Origin: Auanema rhodensis
Taxonomy: Eukaryota; Animalia; Nematoda
DNA length: 64,000 nucleotides
Reading direction: 5' to 3'
Assembly (NCBI GenBank): GCA_964057225.1
Contig: OZ059899.1
Coordinates: forward strand, 5,890,001 to 5,954,000
Shown here: piece after piece, positions 1 through 13,678 of the stretch
How positions within the stretch are numbered: position 1 is the first letter of the stretch
Layout: each line of letters starts with the position of its first letter
Notes under the pieces: generated by a model
What the model saw: only the letters and a program-made list of their open reading frames with translations
What the model was told of the DNA's origin: nothing
Database searches by the model: none
Made by a program: the position numbers and the translations under genes

Positions 1-13
1 TCTAGTGATTTAG

Positions 14-3000
14 ATGCCAATGGAAGAGTTTGCCAAAGCTTCTAGAGCGTTTGGTTCATCTCTATTGCCTGGCGGGTATTCTTCAGTAAGTTTTTAAAAT
101 TTTCCTTTTCAAAACTTCTCATGTATTCCTATTTTTTAATCGTTCTTTTAAAACGGATTTCCATTTAGGCCGATGACGTGAGAGTGCATGATTACACATC
201 TGCCTCTAGTTCATCTAATTCACGAGATGCTAGTGAATTCGGCTATCACGGACAGCATCGAGCAACATTACCTTGTGTCCTTAATGCTCCAAGCATTACA
301 ACGACTAGTGAGTTTTTTTTGCAAATTTTCACGGTTTCATAACTGAGTACTGCTTCTCTCACTTCCTGTTATTATGTTTTTGTTTCTTGGCAACTTCTAA
401 CCGTTTATTGTACCTGAGACAATCCTTTAACCATCTTTGATCGGGAGTATGTTTTTTGTTTCCTTGTTATCAGCTTTTTTTTTGTGCTATTTTTAGCTAC
501 AGCTTCATGAATGGTGTTTGCTATGGCCGTTTTAATTTATGGTTTTTTAAGACATTTAGTATGAACCATTTGCTGTGATCTGACCTCACTTTCTACTGCT
601 ATTCGCATTTCTATAATAAGTACGCTTTATTAGTCTTTGTCTTTTGCATATTCACACATTTCTTCCAAATGCGGTAATTATCTTTGTTTCATCCCATCGA
701 TAATTATCGGTTTTCTGCTCAACCCAGATATTTTATCGTTCTATAATCCTTGCATACATATTACCCAGTTTGCTCATTTTTATCATCTAGCTCACCATGA
801 CCAAGTTTGACAAGTATTTGTTCAATAATCAATTCGTTTTTGGATTATTTACCACTGTCAAAATTATGGATGTTGCCCTTCTATCAACACCTCCTCGTGG
901 TTTTGCGCGCACATTCTCCACTAGAATAGTTGGCAGACATAATTCATTTGATTCCCATGTTCGACGTTTCCGTTTAACATCTGTGAAGGAAATAGATGAT
1001 ACTCCTTCTGAATGTTAGTGGTAATTCCTTATTTAAAAGCAGTGGAGAAGCGTACACAGTCATTACTATCTCTAAAATACGATGTTGTGTTCACATTCAA
1101 TATTAATCCTTTAGGTGACACTACTGCCTCCGAACATGATGTGTTTGGTGGGCCATCCAAGCCTGATTACCATTACTTATACGTAGATAATAATGAAAAT
1201 GATAGTGAACTCAAATTTGATACTAAGGTAAGTCGATTGATGGGAATTTAATATAGGTGACTTGAAAAATAATTTTTAGCAAAAAGATGTAGGCGTTCGA
1301 AGAGCAGCTTCGTTCACGTTTTCTCCAAGAGGTGCTGCAGAAAAACACAACAAACGCCCGGTTCAAGTAAAGCAGAAAGAAGAAGAAAAGGAAAAACGGA
1401 AATTGCGGTTAGTTTCATTATCTTAGTCCATTTCTTGGGTCAACAGCGTTTTGCTGTTCTTTTAAAATTTATATGTCATGCTCTTTTGCACTCTTTTACT
1501 TCTTTAAACCTGGGTTCACTCATCATTTTGCTGTTGCTTGGCTAACTCAGCTTAGTTGTCTTTTTATTTACTCATGAGCCACGATTTGATTTTTGCTTTG
1601 TCGTCTTCTCATTGGGAATATTGGCTAAGGTGTTGGTTTACAGTACGAATGCTACACTACACTTCAGAGGATGGGATATTTAATTATAATTTTTAAAACT
1701 TAGAGAGCTTTATTAAGTTTAAGGGATTTTGATTTATTGATATCATTATGCGTATACTCTTTGTACTTCACAGAATGGTCGGGAAATGTATTAGTATCTG
1801 CTTTTGTACTAACTTAACAACTATCTGGTAGTAACCTTTCTGAGGTTTCTAGCAACCCTGGAAAAACTAATTTAATTCTGTATTCGATTTTCTACACCCT
1901 TCCGAAATATCGAGATGTGATAATGTCTGCGGTCCCGTAAACATTTGATTTACTTCAATAATGGGTTTTTGTATGCTTTCTTATTCGCAGTGGTCTACGG
2001 TGGTTCGTAATCTTGTTTTTCATTTCAATCCAATATGCATTCATTCAATTGCATTAATAGAAATTTCAATACAGAAGTGCATGGTTTAATTTTTTGGTAA
2101 TTGTTGAGTACTCATCTTCTAATTTGGTTAACTTTTATCGAATGAGGTGGATGAGTGGGCGGAGTTCCGCGTGCGTTCCTCCTCTGTCTGCCTGGCTGGC
2201 TTGTGGCTGCTGCAGTGTGGCTTGCCGGCTTGCTCCTCAGCTTTGGCTGACTGAGTCTTGTTCCTGCTTCCTACTACTCTTATTCGGGCTTATTCCTTCT
2301 CAACAAAGTATTAGTGGATGTGTGAAAATAGAGATACTGCTTGTATCAATCTCTATTTCTCTTAGCTTTTCGGTGCATAGTTCTGCTCATCAGACTTATT
2401 GACCTTAACTCACATCTGTCGGAAGCGTTTCTATCCTCTACTTCAAACATTCGCATTTGAAAGTTCCCTATTGGACTTCCTGTTATTCTGTTTTCTGGAG
2501 CCTCCTCTCTTCCGACTACTTTCTATTTCGTCCTACCCACGGCGCTACTGGGCGATTTTTTTAAACATGGATATTCGCCGGAAAATAAGCGTTCCTTTGC
2601 CGCTAACTCCCCCTCGACGGGTTCAAAAATGGTCGTCTGTGCGTGAAATGGGAGATGAACCTGCTAATAGGTATTAGATTCGTTTTTTTCTTTATTTTTC
2701 TGCTGCTGACACCCGCGCCTCGTTTTGCTACTCTCCCATTATATACTGAATCTAATGATTACCGCTTGATCTCATTGCGTACATCCTCCTCTAATATTAA
2801 GGAGTGAAATGTGTCAAATGCAAGTGTTTAATGAATGAGTGCAGAATTTGTGTTCGGAACTCATCGCATTTCTTCACTTTCTCTCAATAAACATGTGTTT
2901 AGAGCTTTAGAGCTTCAGAGTGAAATGGAATTGAAAAATGGTTCAAAGTTTTTTGTTGCTCATTGCTACTTTCAATATCTATTTGATGCAAGATTAGGGT

Positions 3001-4085
3001 GTTAATTGTTTTCTTAAAACAGGGTTTTTACTGCATTTGAAAAAAGGAAATGATTGGGGAAGTGAGAAAAATTGCCTCTTACAACCCTGTGAACCCTATA
3101 AACAGGAGGCTTGATTCGTGTTGGAGTAGCCGTTGCGGTGTTATGTTGCACGATGGCGCGAGATGTTTCTCTCATGCTCGTTAGAAATACGACCTACTAG
3201 CCTTAATCAATATTTCATGCAAGTTTTGTGTACATTCAACAGAATGTTCTGCTTTCGTTTGGTCTGTTTTCCTAAATCAACCCTATCTATCTGATCCTAC
3301 TAAGATCGGGAGTGTGCAACCCGTTGAACAGAATCCTGGTTGCCTGCGCCTCAGACACAACCGAGCTAAGCCGGGCGCTGTTATTTAGATTCGTAGAGCA
3401 ATGAACATGTAATGAGCACCTGACTTTCCCTATCATTAACTAGATGCCATATTTGTTTTTTTTTCGACAAAACCCAAATATATGTTGGCTTAGTCATATA
3501 GAAATGACATAGTATATGCTAATCATTTTTCTCTTCAAATCGCAAATAGGAAAAGCTCTGAATTTATGTGTCCACTGATGTTGCTTTCTAAGTCTTAAGA
3601 CGACTTCAATGGGAAGCGACACATCTTCAGCAGATTTGTCAATCCAAGTTTTGGTTGTCGTTAAGATTTGATATTTCCAACTGTAGTAGTCAGAAAATCA
3701 TCTGCAAAATGATAATGACGTGGTCATGTGTTTTTCTGTGTTTTTCAACAATCAAGTCATCATGATAAATAAATTTGAATTGAGCTATGGAAAAGTTGTG
3801 TATGAACGATTACCAGAAAGTCTGTATGGCTTTACTGATGTAGTATGAAGTCAACGCCAGTAAGTGTTTTGTTCATTGGGATTGCACATTGGGCTTATTT
3901 GTTGTGACAGAGGACAGACAATTAAGTAATAGAAGAAGATTTGCACATGAAATATTTCTCTTGTTGCAATCAGGTTGTATACAAAATTAAGAGATATATT
4001 TTTATATAAAAAATAAATGAATATCAAACGGTTAACATGGTAGCCTCGATCTCATGACATTTGACAGCAGCAAGAACTGCCACTT

Positions 4086-4128
<43 letters not shown>

Positions 4129-6885
4129 TATATAGATAGATAGATATATATATATTATTTATATATATATATATATATAATATATCTATATCGAGATATA
4201 TATATATATATATATATATATGGAACTAATTCATATTTTCGGAATATGTTTTGCCATAAATCACAGACTGATGTCGTTGTTATGTTGGGTTTGTTTGGTT
4301 CAGCTTTGGATCTTCTTCAACTCTCAGTAGATTTGACGACGACGTCAGCTTCTCCTTCAGCTCGCTTACACTCTCGTTTAGTACCAATGTCGGAGTTGCT
4401 CTTATATCGTCAACTACCACTTTGTAATCGGCATCATTTGATGAGATCTTAATTATTTCTGGCATGTGCAACAGTCTTACATTGTTTCAATTCCAAAAAA
4501 AAACTTCTTTTTTTTTAATAATTTTTGCTTATATTTTCTTGTTTGTCGTTGAGATTTTTGGATGGATGCTTCGTAGATTTCGGCAATTTGCATTTCTACA
4601 AATTTGTTCTCCATGCTACTCAAGGTTTTGTAAGATATTCAATTCATTAAGTTTCTTGGCTCTTCCAAATGTTCAAGTAGTTTCAACGCGGGCGGCCCAG
4701 AAAATTCTTTTTGTCACAAAATGTACTAAGTGAAGCATGAGTTGTATGCTTCATTAAAAGCACAAATGTTTCTGTTATACTGATGGAAATATTCGAAATT
4801 CTTCCTTTCAATGACTTGAACCTTATGAGCTTTTGCAATTGTTAAGAGCTTAGATGCAAGAAATAAAAGTTCGAGAGGCTGTTACTTCGAAAATTCCATA
4901 TTCGGAGTTCATAAATTTAGCCTGTGGGTTTTTCAACTTGTATTTCTGTTCATTATGAACTCGTGAAGGTTGTAAATAAATTTAGTTCTCGCATCATAAA
5001 TCCTGTGAATAGCATTTTTATGAGATAAACATAGTTCTCAGTTAATATACCTCGGGAATCAGACAGTATCGTATGAATCCGTCTGTTCATAACTAACCCC
5101 CGGTTATGAGCCTAGGGAAAGTTCATTCTTTTCGGAACCTGAAACCGCCGTAGCGTATCTAATCTTACATCTGGCGCGTTAAGCGGCTAATTGGCTTTAT
5201 CTTCTGCATATAAGGAAGTCATTGGATTTTGAGCTCATCAGTTGCCAGTATACCAAGCTCCTGTTTCATTCTCGAATTCTAACCTCGTATTCGTTTGCAC
5301 TATTCATACGATGCTCGTCCTCCCTGGTAACCGACATTTTGGTTTCTTCGGCAAGTTTAATGGCTCTTTCACAGTCAACTGCCGTTCTCAGCACTGGTTA
5401 GTTGTAAATTTATTCTAGCAATTACCTTTCGTCATACAATGATTTTTTGTATTCGCGCGAGTTTTCTACTCTGAACTGATTAGACTTACCTGCTCATTCT
5501 GCTGGTTTACCCCTCCCCTTTCGCTATAGACTTCATATGCTGATAAGACATATAAAGCTCAAACTTCTTCTCCGCTCAACATCTACTTTTGCTTTCCTGA
5601 CTCTATCGCCATGAAACAGTCTAACAAGCATTCTGAAGAAGTCTTCAATTTGGCTCATCATATGATGGTCGATTTAGTTGCAACAGTTCATGTTGATGGC
5701 CAAAGGTTCGCGTTTCTAAAATCCTTAGTTAACTGCTATTTCAACTACATGTAGGAGTTTCTTTAACAAGTTAACATACTCACATTTTCTGAATGTAAAC
5801 AAACTACAAGTCATTGCAACGCTTTGCGAGTTCTGATTTCATATTTCTCTTTTACCCCATTCTTATTGATTGTTTTTCAGTGGTCCTATTTCTAAGACTA
5901 TCAGTTATATCCGAAGCAAAATGGATACTGCTCTTTCTACCACGTCTTTGTATGCTTCAAAAGAAGAAATTCGTCAATGGGAAACCTGTTTCGAAGCTTT
6001 GCTCAACCATAAACGTAAGTATTGCTTTTTTTCTATATACAGATCTTATTTTTGTCTTGATAAGTTATCTCTATTTTTAGATGGTTGCTCTTTGTTCCGT
6101 CAGTTCCTGAAAAAGGAGTTTTCCGACGAAAATGTAGATTTTTGGCAAGACTGTGAAGAGTTCAGAAAAATGAAGGAAGGGAAGAAAGCCACAACTCAGA
6201 GAGCTCATGAGATCTATAGGGAATACGTAGCAGAGCAGGCTCCCAAAGAGGTTTGTTTTTTTTATTTCTGTTGATGTTTGATTTTTCTCTACTGTTACTC
6301 ATTGTATTTGATATTTTTGTATGGATATGAAGTGAGGAAGTTGATTGGTTTGACTGCTCAACTGAAAAATCAAAACTTCCACGCAATTTTTTGTCTATTG
6401 CCCCACACATCACTCTTATCAGCGCTTTCGATATTTTGTCGTGGACATGCTGCTCTTTCATCATCCATCCGTCAGCGTTTATCCGCTGATTAACCATCAA
6501 TCACTCCATTTTTTGGAAATGAATTTTCAAATTGCGTATCGTAAACACATTGAAGTGAAAATTGCTAGCTCTGAATGGTTGCATTCCGATTATAAAACAT
6601 GTGTATAAAATATAGACTATTTTTTATCATTTACTTGCAGGTTAACCTTGATTCCGATACCCGAGCAGCCACTAAAGCCGCCTTGGAAAGCGGCTGCAAG
6701 ACAGATACCTTCCTTTTAGCTCAATCTCGGATCGAGCAATTAATGGAGAAGGACTCCTACCGGCGGTATTTTTTATAATTCGCAACACTGATTTAATTTT
6801 TTTTTTTAGGTTTTTAAAGGATTCCCTCTACCTTGATCTCCTTAAATCCATAGACAACAATGAAATCGATGGTTCAAATGCTTAA
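14..6885 (+). CDS. rgs-7: RGS-domain regulator of G-protein signalling, rgs-7-like (3' part; further 5' exons probably lie outside the window). Exons 14-85, 169-307, 1115-1227, 1280-1407, 5881-6014, 6081-6250, 6641-6765, 6810-6885
   Basis: The exons splice in phase at GT-AG sites to give ...VRRAASFTFSPR...RGPISKTISYIRSKMD...WETCFEALLNHKHGCSLFRQFLKKEFSDENVDFWQDCEEF...APKEVNLDSDTR...MEKDSYRRFLKDSLYLDLL*, a complete RGS box. The paralog name rests on recalled similarity to C. elegans RGS-7. Confidence 0.85.
2568..2670 (+). CDS. Candidate alternative first coding exon of the RGS gene (MDIRRKISVPLPLTPPRRVQKWSSVREMGDEPAN)
   Basis: ATG-initiated and ends AG|GTATT in phase 2, matching the acceptor at 5881. 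Preceded by GC-rich promoter-like DNA with a GGGCGG box near 2157. Confidence 0.55.
4088..4221. repeat. (TA)n microsatellite with interruptions
   Basis: Long TATATA runs seen directly. Confidence 0.95.
5611..5705 (+). CDS. Candidate alternative first coding exon of the RGS gene (MKQSNKHSEEVFNLAHHMMVDLVATVHVDGQ)
   Basis: ATG-initiated and ends AG|GTTCG in phase 2, compatible with exon 5881. Confidence 0.45.
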
Positions 6886-7448
6886 GCGGGTTTCAATAGT
6901 AGCTTTTCTGCTCGAACTATCGAACTGAGAAGCTGTCAAAAATGCTTACGCGGGTTATGTTTTGGATGAAAATTATCGTGTAAATAACTTAATAATGTCG
7001 AAGACTACTAGTTCACTTTCTTTTGTACACATTTTTATCTCCCTCATTGCTAGTTCATTTTGAGTTTGTAATCTTATATCAATTTTCCTCCTCTAAACTT
7101 AGCATTTTCGAATTTGATGGAATAGTTCGTCAATGCAGATATAAGCGGTCTGAAATGGGCAGCACTTATCCCGTTAATGGATTTGTGTTATTTTAGCTCC
7201 AAGTAGTCTATTTTCCAATGGTGGATCTCTGTTTTTGACACCCATACAATATTTCATTAGTTTTCTTTGTTTGGTAGCTCTGTTCCATTCATTATTCGTC
7301 AACTGTGCATGTTTCATAGCCGAAACCGGCAGCGATCAATTCCAGTCAATTTTGTATTTCTAATTGATAGCTCTAATAAAGTTTATTGAGGATGACTCTT
7401 CATACTATATTGCAATGTATCATTCACATAAAAACTTCACAAGAGAGT

Positions 7449-10400
7449 TCAAATACGGCACTTTGAACTTCGTCTTGATCGTTTATTCCAGGATGCTTTC
7501 CAACTATGATCGGTGACAGTTCTATCATCCTTTCTATGATTGGCCACCATTTCTTCCTGCTGACTTGATGACTCTGTAAAAGTGAGAGGATAAGACTATC
7601 GGTTTCATCTATCAATCAGCCCACATAAAAACATAAACTTCTATTTTTTGTCATTCTTTCAGTGTCTATTCTTACCCATCTTAAGATCGGCACATAGAGC
7701 TTGACTATGATGAAACTGGCGTGCAGAGCATAACCAATTTATTCTGCAGCTGGAATCACATGGGCCAACACCGTCAAATTCGTTTCTACGATAAAAGTTT
7801 CTGAAAATTTTCAAATTGGTGCAAGAATCAAAAGAATTTGTGGAATGTAGTTGAGCAAAGTAAAAAATTCATATCAGTCACGTTATGTTTTTCTTCACAG
7901 AAAAAAGAAAAGACGGTGGTTCGAAAACGAACGACACACTAAGCGATAGCTTAACGTTATTAGTTAAGAAAGGACATATGAAGAACTATTTCCTTCAAAT
8001 CTTTTGCTTTTGAGGATATATAATCCTTTCTATCATTATGGATTGTTCAATAGACTGGATTGAAATTGTGGTGAGTTAAGGGATCAAGTAATCCTGTTCA
8101 TTCATCAAAATGTTTCTTGTTGTTTGGCCTGAAGTTTTACGGATTCAAAATTTTCTTCTTCTATCAAAAGGCTGAAGAATTGAAGGAGGGCGGGAAGGGG
8201 TGATGAAGAAGTGGAGAGTACCAACGAGCATGGGCGAGAGTGTGAGAAAGACACAAAGAGAGAGATTGAGAGTAGGAAGAGTAAGTTGAAGTGAGAGAAA
8301 TAAAGACGGGTGGGGTCTGAGGATAAAAAAAGGGAGGGGGTTCTGAGGATAAAATGCTTCTAAAAAAACTTTTAGAAACTTGTAAAACTGTTGGCAGTAA
8401 ACATCACTTTAAGCATGGATATATCCCTTTATCCTTTCAGCATTTTTTCTTCAGTCTTCAACTCTTTTAAAAACATAAATATGTAGAGAGTGTTAGAAAA
8501 AACAAGAGATAATATCGATAAAAACAATGAAAGTTATTTCTTTGATTCAAAACGCAATTATAGTATTTTTCTTTTTGATCTTATTCTGGCTAGATCGACT
8601 CCATTTTCTTTGGTTCAAAAGTTTTGCAAAAAAGATGATAACGTATCAAAATAAATGACATCATGTCACATAAATCATAACTAATTTCTAAGACAGATGA
8701 CAAAATTAATGTGATTAAAAGGTTCATCAGATTGCTCGAATATGATAACTCTAATCAAATTGGAAAATTTAATAGATCATTTTTCAGCTCAAAACATGAT
8801 AGCCAATAAGCACATTCTATGTTGTCTATAGAGAGTTTTTTACTCACTGACTACTTGTTTAGTTGATGATAACAGCAGTAAAGAAATGTTATTTATTCAA
8901 AGAAAATGCTGCAAAAATCTATAAGCATGACCTGTTCTTTAATATCTTCATAATGACAAATTGTGAATTGAATAGTGACAATTAAACTTATAAATAAGAA
9001 TTGAAAAACGTTTGTATATCTACTAATTCTTAGAATATATAAATTGTCATATAAGTAACATATACATATATGTATATAAGTTAGTAATAATATAATATAT
9101 GAAAGATATAGCATTTCTTTCTTTATTAATTACTGCACTTTGAACTTTTCTTATATATAAATATATAAATATATATTATATATTAAATTAAAATAATATT
9201 GTTATTATTATTAATTATTTAAAAAACAAAATAAATCAAACCTGCGATATTTATTAAATAGAATATCATCAGTTCTCATTCTCTCTATCAATTGATTCCA
9301 TTCGTCTGGAGTTTGATTCTTCAATCCTTAATTGTTATATGGACTTTCATCGTATAGGCAAAGATTAATTGTTTTTTCTCTTAACTATATAAAATATTAT
9401 TATTACAAACCATATTCAGTATTAACGCTTTCATAAAGATATTCCCAGTTAGGATTTTCTGGGCTTGCATTAGCTATTGTTAAATTAAGAAATCGTTCTC
9501 CAAAATCTATAACTTGCTGAAAAAATATTGCAGCTTATCAGCATAATGAGAAAAGAGGCTTCACATAAGTCGATTTCGCGTGATTTCCGTCGATTGTATA
9601 GACACGATAAGCTGGATAGTATTCCGAATATGTTGTCAATGAAGGAGCAGCAAAGACAACATTAGTGGGTCGCGACGTTGAATCCTGAAGAAGAGGAAGG
9701 TTTGTGATGTCTGTAATCATAATCCATATCAGTTTTTAAACTTTTTTTTTTTTTTGAAAAAAAAATGGGAAAAACTGCTCATTTCAGACATAGAAAATGT
9801 GTTCGATAGGTTTCGATTTCAACGCACTTCCGCATTCTCATAAATCATATAAAATTCTTCTGAGTGCACATGTCCGAAAAATTGAGCAACAATGGTATTT
9901 TGGAAACTGAAATAGTATCAATCTGAATCAATTAAATGATAATTTATTTTTGTTTGTAAACTATTCTAGGATAATGACTTAGATGATTTTGAAATTTTTT
10001 TTTAACAAAAAAGGTTTTAATCTATTCATGTTTCTCATCTGATATTCATGTAAATCAGCCAGAATCATCAGATAGAAAGAACACGCTCGCGGTAATTTGA
10101 TATTCAAGATAGAATATTGTCAGGTAGATCAGTTTTCGAGAATTCTCATACGTTCATCAATTTTCTTAATCTCTGATGTTTGTTCTTTTTATGATTCAAA
10201 CATACACATATACGTAAATATAAAAATATTTTTTTTATTCAAATATATATATTTAGAGATCAAAATAATAAAAACTAACCGATTAACAACATTATAATAG
10301 TTTATAGCCCAACCTTCTAATGCTTCATGATTGCTACCAGGAATATGTGATAAGATATGAACCTAAAACATACTCTTATTCATATGTATTAATTACTTTT

Positions 10401-13191
10401 TTTTAAATAAAATAAAAATTTATCTATGAAATTAAACTTTGTGAATAAACAAAAATTAAAGTTTTCCCATTTTAGTCGCAAATCGAAATTCACGTGAAAT
10501 GCGAAACGTAAGTTTGAAGGTTAAGTATATAAGCACTTGACTTGGCATGAGATTAAGCCCACGCGTTTTAGATGTCAGAATTTCACGTAAAACTTCGGAG
10601 ACAAGTTGTTTCCCAGATTTTTTTTCTTTCAGGTTATTTTCTATCATTTTCACAAAAGCATACATACTATGTATGTATATAGAATCAAAAAATATAAAAA
10701 AGAAATGAGGAAGGATATTTGAGAACATGATATTCATGATGAATAAAAACTTTTATTTTGTTACCAACTTTGTCTCCAGCTTTTTCTGCATCTAACAATT
10801 GAGTAATTAGCCATTGCATAGTGCCATCTGGATCCGTCTGATTCATATATAACCAGCTAAATTAAAATATAAATTTTATATAAAGAATATAAAGAATATA
10901 ATATATGATCTATATAAAATTAGTAAAAAAAAGAAGATGTATATGATTAAAATTGTTCTCAATACCCTCCCTTTCATTCATTTTTATTACTTGTGAAATC
11001 TGAAAAAAAGTTTTGAACCAAGTCTTAATTGCATACAAATTCATTTGATCTCCATATATGTTATTCAAAGAAATTATGCGAAATCCTGGCCATGGGTTAA
11101 CCATATAGCATCCGTTACTAAAAGAATTTTTTTTATGATTTTAAAATAATAATTGTCAACTATTTCAAATATTTCTTCTGCTGTGATGGTAAGAATGATT
11201 CAAAGGAATCAGATATAGCATCATATAACCAATCCATATGATACTTTTTTGGTACAGAATGAGGTGCAATACTAAAAATATATAAATATACATATTATAT
11301 ATAATAACTAACTATATGATATATAGTTAATTAATAATAAAATTAGTATAATTTGATCTGATCTTACTTATCAATAGGTACTCCTTCATGATTACCAACA
11401 GAAAAATAAACAGGCAAATTAGAAAAATATCTGAAATGTTATAACCTAGATAAGAAATTTGATGGAAATACAATATAATTAGTAATAATATACGATTTAA
11501 TTGTGCTTGAAACATTCTTGATCATTGCTGCATGAGTTTGTTGATTATAATTCCAATCAGTATGTGACATTATATCTCCGGTTACTAATATATAATCAAT
11601 CTAAATATTTATATATATTATAAGAAAAAAGAATCGGAATACATAGTTAAGATAGAATTTTATTCATTCATCAAATATCATTCATCTTACTAATTTATTC
11701 ATTCTAATTAGCATATCGCGTCATGTTTACGTAAATTGACTAGTTTTCATTTTAATTTTGATGCAGTGATGGTTCGGTTGATATTTATATATTATAAAGT
11801 TAAGAAAAAATATTATGAACCAGCTTAATGGATTTTAACGAACTTGAATTCATTGAGAAAATGGTGTACACGCGTAAGTTATAGTAAACAAACTTCAATG
11901 TAGTTCATTTAATTGTAAAAGTTATGATCTTCGAATTATCATATTTACTTGTTTTAATTATATCTAATAAGTATAATATTCAGAATAATTTGTTTAATTA
12001 TATATATATCTATATATATTATAGTTAAGATTAAAAATAGCTAAATATATATTTAGATAATTATAAAAATACTTACATCATTATACGTTTTCTTTATATC
12101 TTCCAGCATATTCGTTAGAAGCCAATACGGGGCATCACATGTACCTACAGTACCCCATTTGCCTGCTGGTTTTTGAACAGTTTGTGAGGATAATGTTAAT
12201 TCCTATATTAATAATAATAATAATAAATACAAATAATATTAGCAGAAAGTATTACATCTGTTGTATTCTGTGGTCGACAACATTGAGGTGATGAGCAATC
12301 AGCTTCGTCTCCTACTGTATAATACATATCCAAATGAAGATCAGTTAAATGAAGTACTTTAAGTGTAGGATATCCTTTCTTAAAATATATAATTATATAT
12401 TTATATATTAATTAATTCTTTACTTCAACAGGTTTTTGATAAACAGGTGTTGGTTTTGAAGGAGGTAACGATATAGTCCAAGTAACATTTAATGGATCAA
12501 AAAATGTTCCACAATCTAATATATAATATATATTATTTATAAATAAATAATATAATTTTGTATAAAAATATGAAAAAGATTATAACCTGGTACAAGTAAA
12601 CTACACAATTCTCTTGGTTCAACTATAATTTTGCCGATAACATACATGAATTCATCCTTTAAATATATGTTTTTCTAATAATTTTTTAAAATTATAATGT
12701 TATTACCTGAAAATCACCTATGATACCATTACAAATGAAATTATCAACAGTTTCAAATGATTCACAAATCCAAATAGCAAGTTCAGCTAAAACAAAATTT
12801 ATTAAAGTTTTAGATGAAATTATAAATAAATTACCAACACACTGCTCAGTAGAATCTGTTTGCCATTCACGATGTATTAGTTCAACAGCAATTTCACATT
12901 GTTCACATTCTTCTGATTTTGAATATATAGTTACTAAACTATATAGTTAGTTATATATATTGTAATTTCAAAATATTTTCAAAATTCTAATATTGAATTC
13001 ATTTATCATGCACGTGGTTTTAATGATAAAGGGACATTAAAATATTATAGAGAATTAAATTATCAGAAAATACAATGAAAAGACATAAAAAAAGAAATCA
13101 GATGATTGGCAACATAGATCAAAATAAAATTTTATATTTACCTACCTGGGAAAATTAGAAGTAGTAGAGAAACTTGAAGTAAACGAAACAT
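7449..13191 (-). CDS. Acid sphingomyelinase (saposin-B plus metallophosphoesterase), about 19 exons, copy 1
   Basis: Spliced translation: signal peptide MFRLLQVSLLLLIFP, saposin CEQCEIAVELIHREW, then the metal-binding motifs LHLTDLHLD, TGDIMSH, VGNHEG, HILSHIPG and FFGHVH, then PAYRVYTIDG. The last exons (about 7676-7800 and 7449-7574) end ...SKCRI*. Confidence 0.9.
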
Positions 13192-13678
13192 TTATCGTTA
13201 ATATCCTTACTTTTATCTATTTATATACTATGAATAGTAATTATACTTATTCTTAGTGTTATCAGAAAAACAGTAAAATGATAATTTACAATGAATTTTG
13301 CTGCTTTTAAGCTTTAAATCTCTTTAATAAGCTGATTTCTATATTAATACGGACGACATAAACTTCATTTCGTGGATTTTATAAAAGATAATATGTTGTG
13401 CTGTCGCATAAACTGAAGGTATTGTCGTACTGTATTCAAATAAAATCTGAAGATATTAATCAAGTTATACATATTGGTTTGATGTTCAATTCATTCAATT
13501 TGAAGTGGATTTTTGATTTTATGCTTAGGTTAGCAGAGAAATATTAATATTCTTCAGTTCTTATTCCTTTATATTAATCATAAAAGTTTTTATTATTTAA
13601 TTACTTTACTACCGTATCTTCTTCACAGATAAGGCTTTATTGAAAGTAATATTTAGCATTTCATATTCTGGAAAGAGG

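Noticed and set aside
10050-10165. TGATGA/CTGA boxes plus a 10-nt complement to 18S rRNA (CGCGGTAATT) in an ASM intron, as a possible C/D snoRNA
   Set aside because: The complementary stretch is not adjacent to a D or D' box, and the terminal stem is weak.
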